Source: a virus. Taken from it: a stretch of DNA of 64,000 nt. The notes beneath the pieces are model-generated. The model worked only from the letters and a program-made list of their open reading frames with translations. It was not told the DNA's origin and searched no databases. The stretch covers positions 20,338 to 84,337 of IMG/VR virus record IMGVR_UViG_3300044643_000612; one strand, written 5' to 3'. The position numbers and the translations under genes are program-made. Below, piece by piece: positions 18,646 to 27,348 of the stretch; position 1 is the stretch's first letter, and each line of letters opens with the position of its first letter.

Positions 18646-19984
18646 CCTCAAGCAGCACGTCCTGCACGCTGCGCTTGTTGACGAGTCGGTCCAGCACCAT
18701 CGCGTCCACCGTCCCCTTGGCGAGGATGTAGTGGATAAAGACAGGCCGGTCGTAGCCGGACTGCTTCTGGCGCTGCGGGCCGATCCGCTCGATGATCTGG
18801 TCGTGTTCCTCAAGGTTCCAGTTCAGGCCGAAGAACGCGAGGATGTTGCCGCCGTCCTGTAGGTTCAGGCCGTGGCCCGCCGACGCCGGATGCGCGACCA
18901 GCACCGGGATGCGCCCAGCGTTCCAGTCCACAATCGTCTTGGGGTTGTCGTCCAGCGGCTTGGCCCCTGGAACCGCAGCGAGGATCCGCGCCAGATCGCT
19001 CTTGAAGTTGTAGGCGACCAGCACGGGCATCCCGTTGGCCTCCTCCACCACGCTCTTGAGCGCGTCGATCTTCTCGTCATGCACGACGGCCCACGAGCCG
19101 TCCTCCTTGTAGACCGCGCCATTCGACAACTGGAGGCACTTGCTGGTGCGCACCGCAGCGTTCACGGCCTCCACGCCCTCGCCCTCGATGAGCGCCCACA
19201 TGTCGCGCTCCATCTCCTCGTAGGTCTTGCGCGCGTCCTTCGGCAACTCGACCTCGATCACGTTGCGGATCGGCTCGTCGACGTCCAAGCCCTTGACCGT
19301 CAGGCACACGTCCTTGAGCCGGTCCTCGATCTCAGCCTGCGCGAACTCGCGTGGCTGGAGGCTGTAGCCGTCCCAGCCCTTGGTGAACCAGCGCGCCTCG
19401 AACGCCGAGAACGTGCGGCCCAGCCGCTCGCCGCGGTCAACGAACCAGACCTGGCCCCACAGGTCCTTGAGCCCATTCGGTGCCGGCGTGCCCGTCAGGC
19501 CGATAAACCGGCGCGACTTGGTGTGCGCCACCTTCGCCAGCGCCCGCGCCCGGGAGCCGCCCTGCCGGGTGCGGTAGGACTTCAGGCGGGTCAACTCGTC
19601 GGCGATCACCGTCTTGAACGGCCAGCCCTCGCCGTAGTGGGCGACGAGCCAGGGCACGTTGTCGTAGTTGGTGGCGTAGACGTCAGCAGGAAGGCGCAGG
19701 GCGGCCTCTCGCTGCTTGGCGGTGCCCAACACTGGCACGACCCGTAGCGCCTGTGTGTGAGCCCATTTGGCGGCTTCCTGTGGCCATGTGCTGCTCACGA
19801 CGCGCTTCGGTGCCAGCACCAGCGCGGGGAACACCTCCTCGACCGTGTCCAGCGCGCTCAGGGCCGTCAGCACCGTGACCGTCTTGCCCCCGCCCATCGG
19901 CATCCACAGGACGCTGCGGCGCAGGTTGTAGAGGTGGTCGAGGGCCTCGCGCTGGTAGTCGTGCGGCGTGAAGGTGCGGGTCAC
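18623..19984 (-). CDS. SNF2-family DEAD-like helicase
   Basis: MGGGKT, IADE, LTGTPAPN, SAGHGLNLQ and QxxERI motifs. GTG start at 19984. Confidence 0.9.
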   Translation of the reverse strand: MTRTFTPHDYQREALDHLYNLRRSVLWMPMGGGKTVTVLTALSALDTVEEVFPALVLAPKRVVSSTWPQEAAKWAHTQALRVVPVLGTAKQREAALRLPADVYATNYDNVPWLVAHYGEGWPFKTVIADELTRLKSYRTRQGGSRARALAKVAHTKSRRFIGLTGTPAPNGLKDLWGQVWFVDRGERLGRTFSAFEARWFTKGWDGYSLQPREFAQAEIEDRLKDVCLTVKGLDVDEPIRNVIEVELPKDARKTYEEMERDMWALIEGEGVEAVNAAVRTSKCLQLSNGAVYKEDGSWAVVHDEKIDALKSVVEEANGMPVLVAYNFKSDLARILAAVPGAKPLDDNPKTIVDWNAGRIPVLVAHPASAGHGLNLQDGGNILAFFGLNWNLEEHDQIIERIGPQRQKQSGYDRPVFIHYILAKGTVDAMVLDRLVNKRSVQDVLLEAMRRRAG

Positions 19985-20265
19985 ACGAGGTCGCCGCCGA
20001 ACAGCTTGTCGGCGTCGACACGGAAGCCGAAGCCCCGGCGGTTGATGACGGAGCCCTCCGGCACTTTCTGCCGGATGCGGTGGATCACGACCGACAGGTG
20101 GGTGTGCGACTTGCGCCAAGCGTCCATCGACGACGAGGTGTCAAGGCCGATGGCCGTGGCCAGATGCACGTTGCTGGCGTAACCCTCGTGCTCAAGCAGG
20201 TAAGCCAGCACCAGCGCCTCCTGTGGGCCGAGGTTGAACATGTCGGCCAGTTGCGAGATGGTCAT
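19981..20265 (-). CDS. Stand-alone OmpR/PhoB-type winged-helix DNA-binding protein
   Basis: LSVVIHRIRQKV...INRRGFGFRV matches the Trans_reg_C recognition helix and wing. No receiver domain. Confidence 0.65.
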   Translation of the reverse strand: MTISQLADMFNLGPQEALVLAYLLEHEGYASNVHLATAIGLDTSSSMDAWRKSHTHLSVVIHRIRQKVPEGSVINRRGFGFRVDADKLFGGDLV

Positions 20266-20702
20266 GCGATGTGCCTTCCGTCGGTCTTGAGGCGAGGGGG
20301 TTTGGACATGACGAAGGGGGTCTGCTTCGAGTAGACCACCTTCTGGTGCGCCGGGCAGTAGGAGCGGTGCCCCTCGGTGTCGGCGCAGCAGGAATAGATC
20401 CCGTCGTCCTTGACGATGGGGAAGGCGCACTCACCGAACTTGCGCTCGGTCCACAGGCTCATCGGCGAGCCCCGCACCGGCGCGACGCTGACGGGCGGCT
20501 GCACCTTGGGCGGGCGCGGGGTAGCGGGTCTCGCCGGCTTGGCACCAGGTGCCCCCGGCGCCTGACGTCGGAGGCCCATGCGGCGCAGCTTGCCGAGGAC
20601 GGAGTTGCGCGTGGTGCCGAGGACCTTGCTGATCTCCGCGGCGCTCTTGCCCTCGGCCCACAGGCTTTCGAGGGTGTCGGTGTTTTTATCGGTCCAAATC
20701 AT
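20262..20702 (-). CDS. gcrA: GcrA-like transcriptional regulator
   Basis: WTD...LWAEGKSAAEI...TRNSVLGKLRRMGL N-domain and CAFPI...C...SYCPAH C-domain. Confidence 0.85.
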   Translation of the reverse strand: MIWTDKNTDTLESLWAEGKSAAEISKVLGTTRNSVLGKLRRMGLRRQAPGAPGAKPARPATPRPPKVQPPVSVAPVRGSPMSLWTERKFGECAFPIVKDDGIYSCCADTEGHRSYCPAHQKVVYSKQTPFVMSKPPRLKTDGRHIA

Positions 20703-21012
20703 GCCCGACTGTATCCCTGCTTGTTAGCTGTCCGTCAAGCGCCAATTCGATGAAGGCGTCCACCTCCTCGCGGGAGGCGACCACCCATACCCGGAAGCCG
20801 TCGGCGCGTAGCCGGTCGCCCTCGACGACCTGGAGCGGGTGCAGTCGGCCACCCGCCCGCTTGACCTCCACGAAGTGCAGGTTCGGCCCCGGCCACCAGA
20901 CCATGCGGTCAGGGGCGCCGCGCCTGCCGATCCATTGCAGTTTGCGTTGCCGCCCACCCGTCGCCTTGACGCGAGCGATCAGGTAGGCCTCCACCTTGCC
21001 TTCGGGGGTCAC
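20686..21012 (-). CDS. VRR-NUC domain nuclease
   Basis: E..VE..L, GAPDR, FVEVK and LQ motifs. Confidence 0.85.
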   Translation of the reverse strand: MTPEGKVEAYLIARVKATGGRQRKLQWIGRRGAPDRMVWWPGPNLHFVEVKRAGGRLHPLQVVEGDRLRADGFRVWVVASREEVDAFIELALDGQLTSRDTVGHDLDR

Positions 21013-22071
21013 TCAGTCCTCCTTCTTATAGCGATATGTCTCGAACCCCGCTGCGGCAAGGGGCAGGCCGACCGACCACTGGGTGCCCTGCGACATGAGC
21101 GCGGCCAGGCCCTGCGCGCTGAACGACACGTCGTCCGCCGTCTCGCAGAGGATCTCGTCGTGGACGTGCAGGACCGGGCTGTAGCCCGCCGCCTCCGCCG
21201 CGAGCAGGCCGGCGGCGAGGACGTCGCGAGCGACGGCCTGTGTCAGGTTCTCCACAAGTTTTCCACCGTATGTGTCCAGCCGCTCCCAGCGTCGGGTGTA
21301 TTGGTTGGTGCCCATGTAGGACAGGCGCCCGTCCTCGTCGACTTGCGGTGACGGGTAGCAGAGGTAGCGGCCTGATGGCAGGCGGGCGCGCAGCCAGCCG
21401 CCGGAGCGCCGGAAGGCAATGCTGCTGGCCCGGTAGACCTCGCCCGGGTTGCTGATGGCGTTGCGGGCGGCGCGCTCGCAGTCATACCAGAACTTGACCG
21501 TCGCCTTGTGCTTCGCGCGCCAAGCCTTGACGATCTCAAGCACTTTGGGTTCGGGCAGGTTGACGCCGTAGATCGCGCCCATAGCAGCGAACGCGCCTAT
21601 ACTGCCCTGAAAACCGCAAGCAAGCTCAGAAACTTTCCCGTTTACTTGCCGCTCGTCCTTGGTTACTTCACTCGGGTCCTTACCGAGGATGCCACCTGCT
21701 GTAATCTTGTAGATGTCGTGGCCTATACCTGCGTCGAAGTCTTTGAACGCCTCCAGCTTCCACTGCTCGCCGGCAAGCCACGCTAGGACCCGCCCCTCGA
21801 TGTTGGACAGGTCGGCCACGACCAGCTTGCACCCTGGCGCCGCGACGATAGACCCGCGCACCGCACTGGCGCACAACTCCATGACGTCGTCGTAGAACAC
21901 CGTCTCGACGCCCGCCTTCATGGCCTCGATGCCGAGGTCGATCTGCGGCTGCTTCAGGGTCGGTCGCGGCAGATTTTGGGGCTGGAAAATGCGCCCTGAG
22001 TTGGAGACGATGCGCCCGTTCGCCATGAAACGGTTGCGCGGGCCGGCGTTCACGATGTCATACGTCCGCAC
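21013..22071 (-). CDS. Family-A DNA polymerase C-terminal part, led by a 24-aa split-intein C-fragment (IntC)
   Basis: GTG at 22071 with SD CGGAGG 7 nt upstream. MRTYDIVNAGPRNRFMANGRIVSN|SGRIFQPQNLPR, followed by PolA motifs DLSNIEGR, KVSELACGF and HVHDE. Confidence 0.85.
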   Translation of the reverse strand: MRTYDIVNAGPRNRFMANGRIVSNSGRIFQPQNLPRPTLKQPQIDLGIEAMKAGVETVFYDDVMELCASAVRGSIVAAPGCKLVVADLSNIEGRVLAWLAGEQWKLEAFKDFDAGIGHDIYKITAGGILGKDPSEVTKDERQVNGKVSELACGFQGSIGAFAAMGAIYGVNLPEPKVLEIVKAWRAKHKATVKFWYDCERAARNAISNPGEVYRASSIAFRRSGGWLRARLPSGRYLCYPSPQVDEDGRLSYMGTNQYTRRWERLDTYGGKLVENLTQAVARDVLAAGLLAAEAAGYSPVLHVHDEILCETADDVSFSAQGLAALMSQGTQWSVGLPLAAAGFETYRYKKED

Positions 22072-22975
22072 TGGCGAGCCTCCGCTTGGCCGCCGCAGCC
22101 GCACGGCGCTGCGCCCCAACTTCGGCGCGACGCTCCGGCGTCCAGTAGGCGATGAGCGCCTCCTTCTGGCGCCGCTTCCGCTTATCGTGGTCAATGCGCT
22201 CCCGCGCCGCGGCAAGTTGTGACTGTCGTTCGGCACGCTGCTCGTCGGGCAGTTGAGCGTTGAAAGCCACCAGGCTCTCCGAGATTTTGACGCTCACGCC
22301 CGCGACCTGTTCAGGGGTGCGTGCGTCCCACACCTTCTTTGCCCGCGCGCGGGCCGCACGCCTGGCTTTCAACTTTTCAGACGGCGTGCGCTCCGCAAAG
22401 TGTTTCAAAAGCCGTTCACTCTGCGCCTTGCGGTCCTCGTCGGTCCACGCCTTGGGGTTTACGTTTTTGCGTTCGGCTTTCAAAGCCAGCCGCAGGTTCC
22501 GACGCGCTATGCGGTACGCCTCGCGCGGGTTGGCCAACCGCCAGTCTCGGGCTAGCGCCGAGAGTTCGGCGGCGTGTGCCTGATGCGCTTCACTCTCGCG
22601 GCAGCCCCGGGAAAGCGCCGCGCGGTAGGCGGCTTCCCACGCCGGGTCGCGGCGAAGTTCTGCGGTGGCCGAAACCCCTGCGGGGCCGTCAAACGCCCCT
22701 CCAGGTGACAGGTTGTACGGGCTGACCAGCGCCGCGATCTCTTCGATCTCGGCGACAAAAGCCTCCTCAAGCGTGTCGCATGTCCGCAAGACCTCGATGG
22801 TGAACGCCTGCGCGCCGTACTTGCGGATAGCCGCACAGAATGGGTGGTGCGCGCCCTTGGCCGCGCGCCGCACATGCTGCCCCCAGCGAACCTGTAGCGG
22901 TTGAGACGTGAGACCGGCGTAGCTGCGCCCGCTAGGACTGGTCAGCCGGTAAATCGTGTAGCGTTCCCTCTCCAT
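22058..22975 (-). CDS. GIY-YIG homing endonuclease
   Basis: TIYRLTSPSGRSYAGLT...RWGQH...AIRKYG...E...YN GIY-YIG core with a basic helical C-terminus. Overlaps both polymerase halves. Confidence 0.85.
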   Translation of the reverse strand: MERERYTIYRLTSPSGRSYAGLTSQPLQVRWGQHVRRAAKGAHHPFCAAIRKYGAQAFTIEVLRTCDTLEEAFVAEIEEIAALVSPYNLSPGGAFDGPAGVSATAELRRDPAWEAAYRAALSRGCRESEAHQAHAAELSALARDWRLANPREAYRIARRNLRLALKAERKNVNPKAWTDEDRKAQSERLLKHFAERTPSEKLKARRAARARAKKVWDARTPEQVAGVSVKISESLVAFNAQLPDEQRAERQSQLAAARERIDHDKRKRRQKEALIAYWTPERRAEVGAQRRAAAAAKRRLASADV

Positions 22976-24174
22976 AGGGGTAGCCCTCTCTGCTTTGCCT
23001 CTCCGAGGGTAACATGTTCTGAAGTTGAAACATACACTTTATGTTCAACCGTCGCACAAACCCCGTCGTGCGTAATCACAGGCTTGTCGCCGGAAAACAC
23101 CACGCCTTCGTGTCGAACCCACGACTCGCCGTCCCACACCAAGTCGTCGGTCGTGACGTCCTCTATGGGCCGCTCCAAGATGCGTCCAGTGTCGTCCTTG
23201 ACCCGGACAAGTGTGCCTTCCGCCAAGCAGAAACGCCCCGTGCGAGACGCCCCGGCGTACTGCATGGTGCCCCGCAGCCGCCCGTCGGACGAGGTGCCGC
23301 GCACCAGCACCCGGTACTTGGCCGGGCTGGTCGCGGCTGCTTGCAGGCGCACCTCCAGCAACTCGCGCACATCGTCCGGCACGTCGGTCTTGAGCAGGGC
23401 GCCCAGCGTGCCCTTGCGCAGGTCTTCAATCTCAAGGCCCATCGCCTCGCGCAGGTAGCCGATCAGGGCGTCCCGCTGCGTGGCGCTGGGCACGGCGCCG
23501 TCCGTCATGCGCGCCGACTCCACTGCTAGTCGCTGGCCCGCCTCCTTGGCGGCGCGCAGGGCGGCGTGGGCCAGGTCCATGTCGATCTGGATGCCGCGGT
23601 CGTTGATGGCTTGGTCCAGCCGCCACACGGCCTTCTCGGCGTCGGTCCAGTTGACCTTGGGCTGGCGAGCGTAGACCTCGCGCATGGCGACGATGTCCAT
23701 GCGGGCATATTCCTTGAACGCCTCCCACTCCGCCGGATGCGTCTCTTTCGTGGCCCGGCGGATCTTGCGCGTCTTGGCCTGCGGCTTGCAGAACAGTTGG
23801 ATCAGCTTCTTGCCCGCCTTGTCCTTGGCCTTGTCCAGCGGGACGCCGAGGACCTCGCACTGTTTATCAAGGGCGCCCGGCAGGCTGTGCAGCAGGCCCA
23901 CGGCGAGGGTGTCGTAGATGCGCTCAACGGGCACACGCACCTGACTGAACGACAGGACCGTGCGGTCGAAGTGGCTGTTGTGAATGATGATCCGGTCGGC
24001 AGCGTCGATGAGCGACTGCATCATGCCGGGGGCCGGGAACTCGACGACCTGGACCTCGTCGTCGTCCCATGCGTAGGCCAGCAGCAGGATCTCCGCGCTC
24101 TCCGCATAGGCCCATGTGCCATGCGTGATCGGCGTCTCGCTGTAGGTTTCGAGGTCGAGCATGAGTGTGCGCAT
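22942..24174 (-). CDS. Family-A DNA polymerase N-terminal part (3'-5' exonuclease) ending in a 95-aa split-intein N-fragment (IntN)
   Basis: DLETYS, HNSHFDR and YARMD exonuclease motifs. ...ASRTGRF|CLAEGTLV...TVEH (intein blocks A and B, C1 codon at 23227-23229), then TGA. Confidence 0.85.
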   Translation of the reverse strand: MRTLMLDLETYSETPITHGTWAYAESAEILLLAYAWDDDEVQVVEFPAPGMMQSLIDAADRIIIHNSHFDRTVLSFSQVRVPVERIYDTLAVGLLHSLPGALDKQCEVLGVPLDKAKDKAGKKLIQLFCKPQAKTRKIRRATKETHPAEWEAFKEYARMDIVAMREVYARQPKVNWTDAEKAVWRLDQAINDRGIQIDMDLAHAALRAAKEAGQRLAVESARMTDGAVPSATQRDALIGYLREAMGLEIEDLRKGTLGALLKTDVPDDVRELLEVRLQAAATSPAKYRVLVRGTSSDGRLRGTMQYAGASRTGRFCLAEGTLVRVKDDTGRILERPIEDVTTDDLVWDGESWVRHEGVVFSGDKPVITHDGVCATVEHKVYVSTSEHVTLGEAKQRGLPLWRGNATRFTG

Positions 24175-24185
24175 GGCAAGGGGTG

Positions 24186-24222
24186 AGGGGCAGGACGGCA
24201 GGAGAAGGACCGCCCTGCCCCT
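24186..24222. other. Inverted repeat between gapR and the polymerase gene
   Basis: GAGGGGCAGG...CCTGCCCCTC 10-bp stem. No clear U-tract. Confidence 0.4.
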
Positions 24223-24231
24223 CTGGCTTCG

Positions 24232-24492
24232 CTAGATCAGATCAGCGCAGCCAAGCGCGTTGGCGTAGAGTTCGAGCATGGCCCGCTCCTCCATCGCCTT
24301 GTCGCGGTCCTTCTTGCGAAGGGCCACGATCTTGCGGAGGGTCTTGGTGTCGAAGCCGTTGCCTTTGGCCTCGGCGTAGACCTCCTTGATGCCCGCGGCG
24401 ACCTCGCTCTTTTCCTCTTCAAGACGCTCAACGCGCTCGATGATGGATTGGAGTTGGCTCGCCGCGACGGAGTTGTGACCCAGGTCCGACAT
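24232..24492 (-). CDS. gapR: GapR / DUF2312 (UPF0335) nucleoid-associated protein
   Basis: [16 protein letters not shown]...[26 protein letters not shown]...LELY signature. Confidence 0.9.
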   Translation of the reverse strand: MSDLGHNSVAASQLQSIIERVERLEEEKSEVAAGIKEVYAEAKGNGFDTKTLRKIVALRKKDRDKAMEERAMLELYANALGCADLI

Positions 24493-25046
24493 CAGACGAA
24501 GTCCTCCTCGTCGTCCGCGTCGAACTCGTCAGCCGAAGCTGCCGTCGACCCGCCGAAGCCCTCGCCGTCAGCGTAGAACTTCACGCCGCGAAGCACGGCG
24601 TTGATGCGCCGGCCCCACTTCGGGCTGTCGTAGGCGTAGATCTCGACGCTGGCGTGGACGTAGCAGCCAGCGTAGATGACCCCGTCGGCTTCCGTGACCG
24701 GCTGGCCCTGACGGTCCAGAGCGGTCGGGCGCAGCTTCTCGGAGCGGGTGGACAGGAAGAAGTTGCCCTCGAAGCCGTCCCACGTGTCGCCGTCCTTGGT
24801 CGTGTACGGCCCTTCGACCCATGCCGACCGCTGGTCAGCCTTGAGTTTCTTGACGATGTCGTCCGCCTTCGGACCCCACTTCTCCTTGGCCGACGCTGAG
24901 ATGGCCTCGCGGATCGCCGCCACGTTGGGGGAGGCGGGGTCGATGATCAGCTTGGCGCCGTAGGCGGGGTTGTTGTCGCCGAAGGCTTGGGCCTTGAAGA
25001 CCGCCGGGAAGGCCAGGCGGACGTTACGCAGTTGCAGAATGGTCAT
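24492..25046 (-). CDS. DUF2815 single-stranded DNA-binding protein
   Basis: NVRLAFP, IYAGCYV and DGEGFGG motifs, and an acidic tail ending DDEEDFV. Confidence 0.85.
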   Translation of the reverse strand: MTILQLRNVRLAFPAVFKAQAFGDNNPAYGAKLIIDPASPNVAAIREAISASAKEKWGPKADDIVKKLKADQRSAWVEGPYTTKDGDTWDGFEGNFFLSTRSEKLRPTALDRQGQPVTEADGVIYAGCYVHASVEIYAYDSPKWGRRINAVLRGVKFYADGEGFGGSTAASADEFDADDEEDFV

Positions 25047-25071
25047 GTCGCATGTCTCTCGTTTCAGGTTT

Positions 25072-26265
25072 CTAGTCGAAGTCCGCCGCCGTGGCCCCGA
25101 GGGACAACGCCGGCTTCTTATCCGTGGCCGGGGCCACCGATGGCTTGCCCGGGGACCGCGTGACCAGAGCGTTGATGCGCTGGAGGCGGGCTGGGCTGTG
25201 CTTGAGCAACTTCTCCGCAACCGTCGGAGAAATCAAGTCGTATTCGTACATCTCGCTGTTCTTGAAGCGCCAGGACTTCAGCAGCTTGGCGACGTCGTCC
25301 GGGTTGGACCACTTGCGGTTGCCCATCCGGCCCTCGACCAGCTTGTAGCCGGGCACGTCAGCGCCCGCGAACAGGCGCCGCTCAATCTCGCCGCGCACGG
25401 CCTTGCACCAGTCCTCGATCAGCCCGACCTTCATCATCGCGCCGGCGAGCCACTCGGGATCCACGTTGGCCAGCGTGCCAACGAACGCCTCATCCACGTC
25501 GTCGAAGTCCTCCGCCGTCGCGCCGGTGATGGTGTCCAGCACCTCGTCCTTGAGCGCCGGGCAGACGAAGCGGGCATCGCAGAACCGGCACTGCTTCTCG
25601 CCGGGGTCGTAGGTCTGGTCGCCTGCCAGGATGCCCTGCACGACCTCCTTGGTGCTACTGGCGAAGGCCATCAGGTCGTCATGCGACAGGCTCCACCGGC
25701 TGACCGGGTTGCCGTTCTGCGCCCTCGGCTGGTGGATGATCAGGTCGAACTGCTCGAAGGGTCCGAGGAAGTCGAAACTGTGCATGGCGCCAAGGGCGTA
25801 GAGCATGAGTTGCTCGTTGGCCTCGGCGTTGACCAGCACACCCGACCCGTACTTGTAGTCGATCATGGTCAGTCTGCCTTCGGCCACGACGATGGCGTCC
25901 GCCGTGCCGAAGGCGTCGGGCGCCCCGATGTAAGGCGAGAAATCCACGCGCTGGTCGGCGAAGGCCCGGCCATCCTCGCCCATGGCCTCAAGAACCAGGT
26001 CGCGGAAGGCAAGGCCCCCTTCGATCATGGCGTCGGTGACGGGCCAGTCGGTGTCGTCAACCCGCACGGTGGTGCCGCGCAGGTTGGCGAACGCCTCGTT
26101 GCCGCCCCAGTCCTCCAGCACGATGCGGTTCGCCACGTCATGCGCGGCGGTGCCCTCGTCGGCGTAGACTGAGGTGCGCGGCGGGACCGTGTCGCACAGG
26201 GCGAGCGACCCGGGGCAGCGCAGCCAGCGGTGGGCAGCAGAGGGGGAGAAGCGAGCGTGTTGCAT
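25072..26265 (-). CDS. DUF2800 Cas4/PD-(D/E)XK-like exonuclease
   Basis: HARFSPSAAHRWLRCPGS, EGTAAH, FGTAD, IDYKYG, QLMLYALG and CRFC...CP motifs. Confidence 0.85.
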   Translation of the reverse strand: MQHARFSPSAAHRWLRCPGSLALCDTVPPRTSVYADEGTAAHDVANRIVLEDWGGNEAFANLRGTTVRVDDTDWPVTDAMIEGGLAFRDLVLEAMGEDGRAFADQRVDFSPYIGAPDAFGTADAIVVAEGRLTMIDYKYGSGVLVNAEANEQLMLYALGAMHSFDFLGPFEQFDLIIHQPRAQNGNPVSRWSLSHDDLMAFASSTKEVVQGILAGDQTYDPGEKQCRFCDARFVCPALKDEVLDTITGATAEDFDDVDEAFVGTLANVDPEWLAGAMMKVGLIEDWCKAVRGEIERRLFAGADVPGYKLVEGRMGNRKWSNPDDVAKLLKSWRFKNSEMYEYDLISPTVAEKLLKHSPARLQRINALVTRSPGKPSVAPATDKKPALSLGATAADFD

Positions 26266-26456
26266 CAGCCGCACTCCTCCTGCGCCATCTCGTAGCCGTA
26301 GACCAGGTCGCTGAAGATGCGGCCCACCATGTCGGTGTCGTCCATGCTGCCTGAGCGGATCGGACGGGCCATCAGGTTGGCGTGCGACTTGGACAGCCGC
26401 GACAGGGCGCGCTCCCTGGCCAAGACGCGCAGACGCTGCTCGATGTCGGGTGCCAT
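26265..26456 (-). CDS. Hypothetical protein
   Basis: Stop/start overlaps with both neighbours. Confidence 0.5.
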   Translation of the reverse strand: MAPDIEQRLRVLARERALSRLSKSHANLMARPIRSGSMDDTDMVGRIFSDLVYGYEMAQEECG

Positions 26457-26923
26457 CACAGTGCGATCTCCGCAGCGGCCTGCACGGCGGCGACGATCTT
26501 CGGCCACATGTCCTCGGTCGTGCCGCGGGCGGTGGTCAGGCCGAGGGTGGCCAGCGCAGCCTTGGTGGCGTCCGGTCCCTTGCTCTTGGCCAGGGCCAGC
26601 ACCGCACGGGACATGTCCTCGTAGGTGAGAGGCTCAGAGGCAGTCGTCGCAGAACCAGATGCGGGCTCGTCCGATCCAGGTTCCGAGGTAGACGCCTGTG
26701 TTGCCACAGGCGCATCGACGGAAGGGACGTGCTCCTCCACGATGGGCGTCGTCTCGTAGACCGGCTCGGGGGCCGCCTCCTCGACGCTCACCTGCACCGG
26801 CGCCGTGGCCTTGGTGCGGGTCGCGCGGGGCTTGGGGGCCTCGGCGGGTTCGCCGATGATCTGGCGGGCTTGGGACACGATCTCGGCCCAGTCAGCGCCT
26901 TCAAGCGTGATGATGATAGACAT
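26456..26923 (-). CDS. Hypothetical protein with Pro/Ala/Glu-rich linker
   Basis: SD GAGGAG upstream. Typical small gene upstream of DUF2800. Confidence 0.65.
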   Translation of the reverse strand: MSIIITLEGADWAEIVSQARQIIGEPAEAPKPRATRTKATAPVQVSVEEAAPEPVYETTPIVEEHVPSVDAPVATQASTSEPGSDEPASGSATTASEPLTYEDMSRAVLALAKSKGPDATKAALATLGLTTARGTTEDMWPKIVAAVQAAAEIAL

Positions 26924-27059
26924 GGTTCAGTTCTCCTCTTGGTAAATCAGGGTCTCAAAGCGGTCGACCAACTCCTGCACGAGCGGGTGGTCAAACGCCT
27001 CGCGCACGCGCTCGATGAGCGCCTCGTCCTCAAGCCCTGCGGCCTGTGTCCTCGTCATG

Positions 27060-27278
27060 TCAGTCCTCCCACGGCCTGTACAGGGCGCGGTTCATAGCCA
27101 TGAAGCCCTGCTGGAAGTGCGTCTTTGCGATGGAAGCCCACCGCGTGTTGACCTTCGAGGAGTCCACCCGCTGGATGTCGCGGAGGAGGCGCATGAGCCT
27201 ACCCTCGTTCAGGGCGAAAAGGCTCAGGGCCTCGGCGACGGTCAAGGTCTCGGGGTCGTAGTCCACAGGCTCGGTCAC
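27060..27278 (-). CDS. Acb2/Vs.4-like putative cyclic-oligonucleotide sponge
   Basis: C-terminal RWASIAKTHFQQGFMAMNRALYRP resembles the Acb2 C-terminal helix. SD GGAGA before GTG. Confidence 0.55.
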   Translation of the reverse strand: MTEPVDYDPETLTVAEALSLFALNEGRLMRLLRDIQRVDSSKVNTRWASIAKTHFQQGFMAMNRALYRPWED

Positions 27279-27348
27279 AGGTTGTCTCCTTGTCGCGCCA
27301 GGCCACAGCGGCCCGACAACAATTATCTAATACCTAACAAGCGGGTTG

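Noticed and set aside
22072-22236. Longer N-terminus of polymerase-C as given in the ORF track (MPNDSHN...)
   Set aside because: It is an Arg/Ser-rich shadow of the GIY-YIG frame. Intein similarity and the SD begin at GTG 22071.
22058-22975. Group I intron carrying the GIY-YIG, or stop-codon readthrough, as the explanation for the broken polymerase
   Set aside because: The GIY-YIG ORF fills the whole gap and overlaps both flanks, leaving no room for a ribozyme core. The intein frame has at least four stops of two kinds (TGA and TAG), both used as normal stops elsewhere. IntC has its own SD and GTG.
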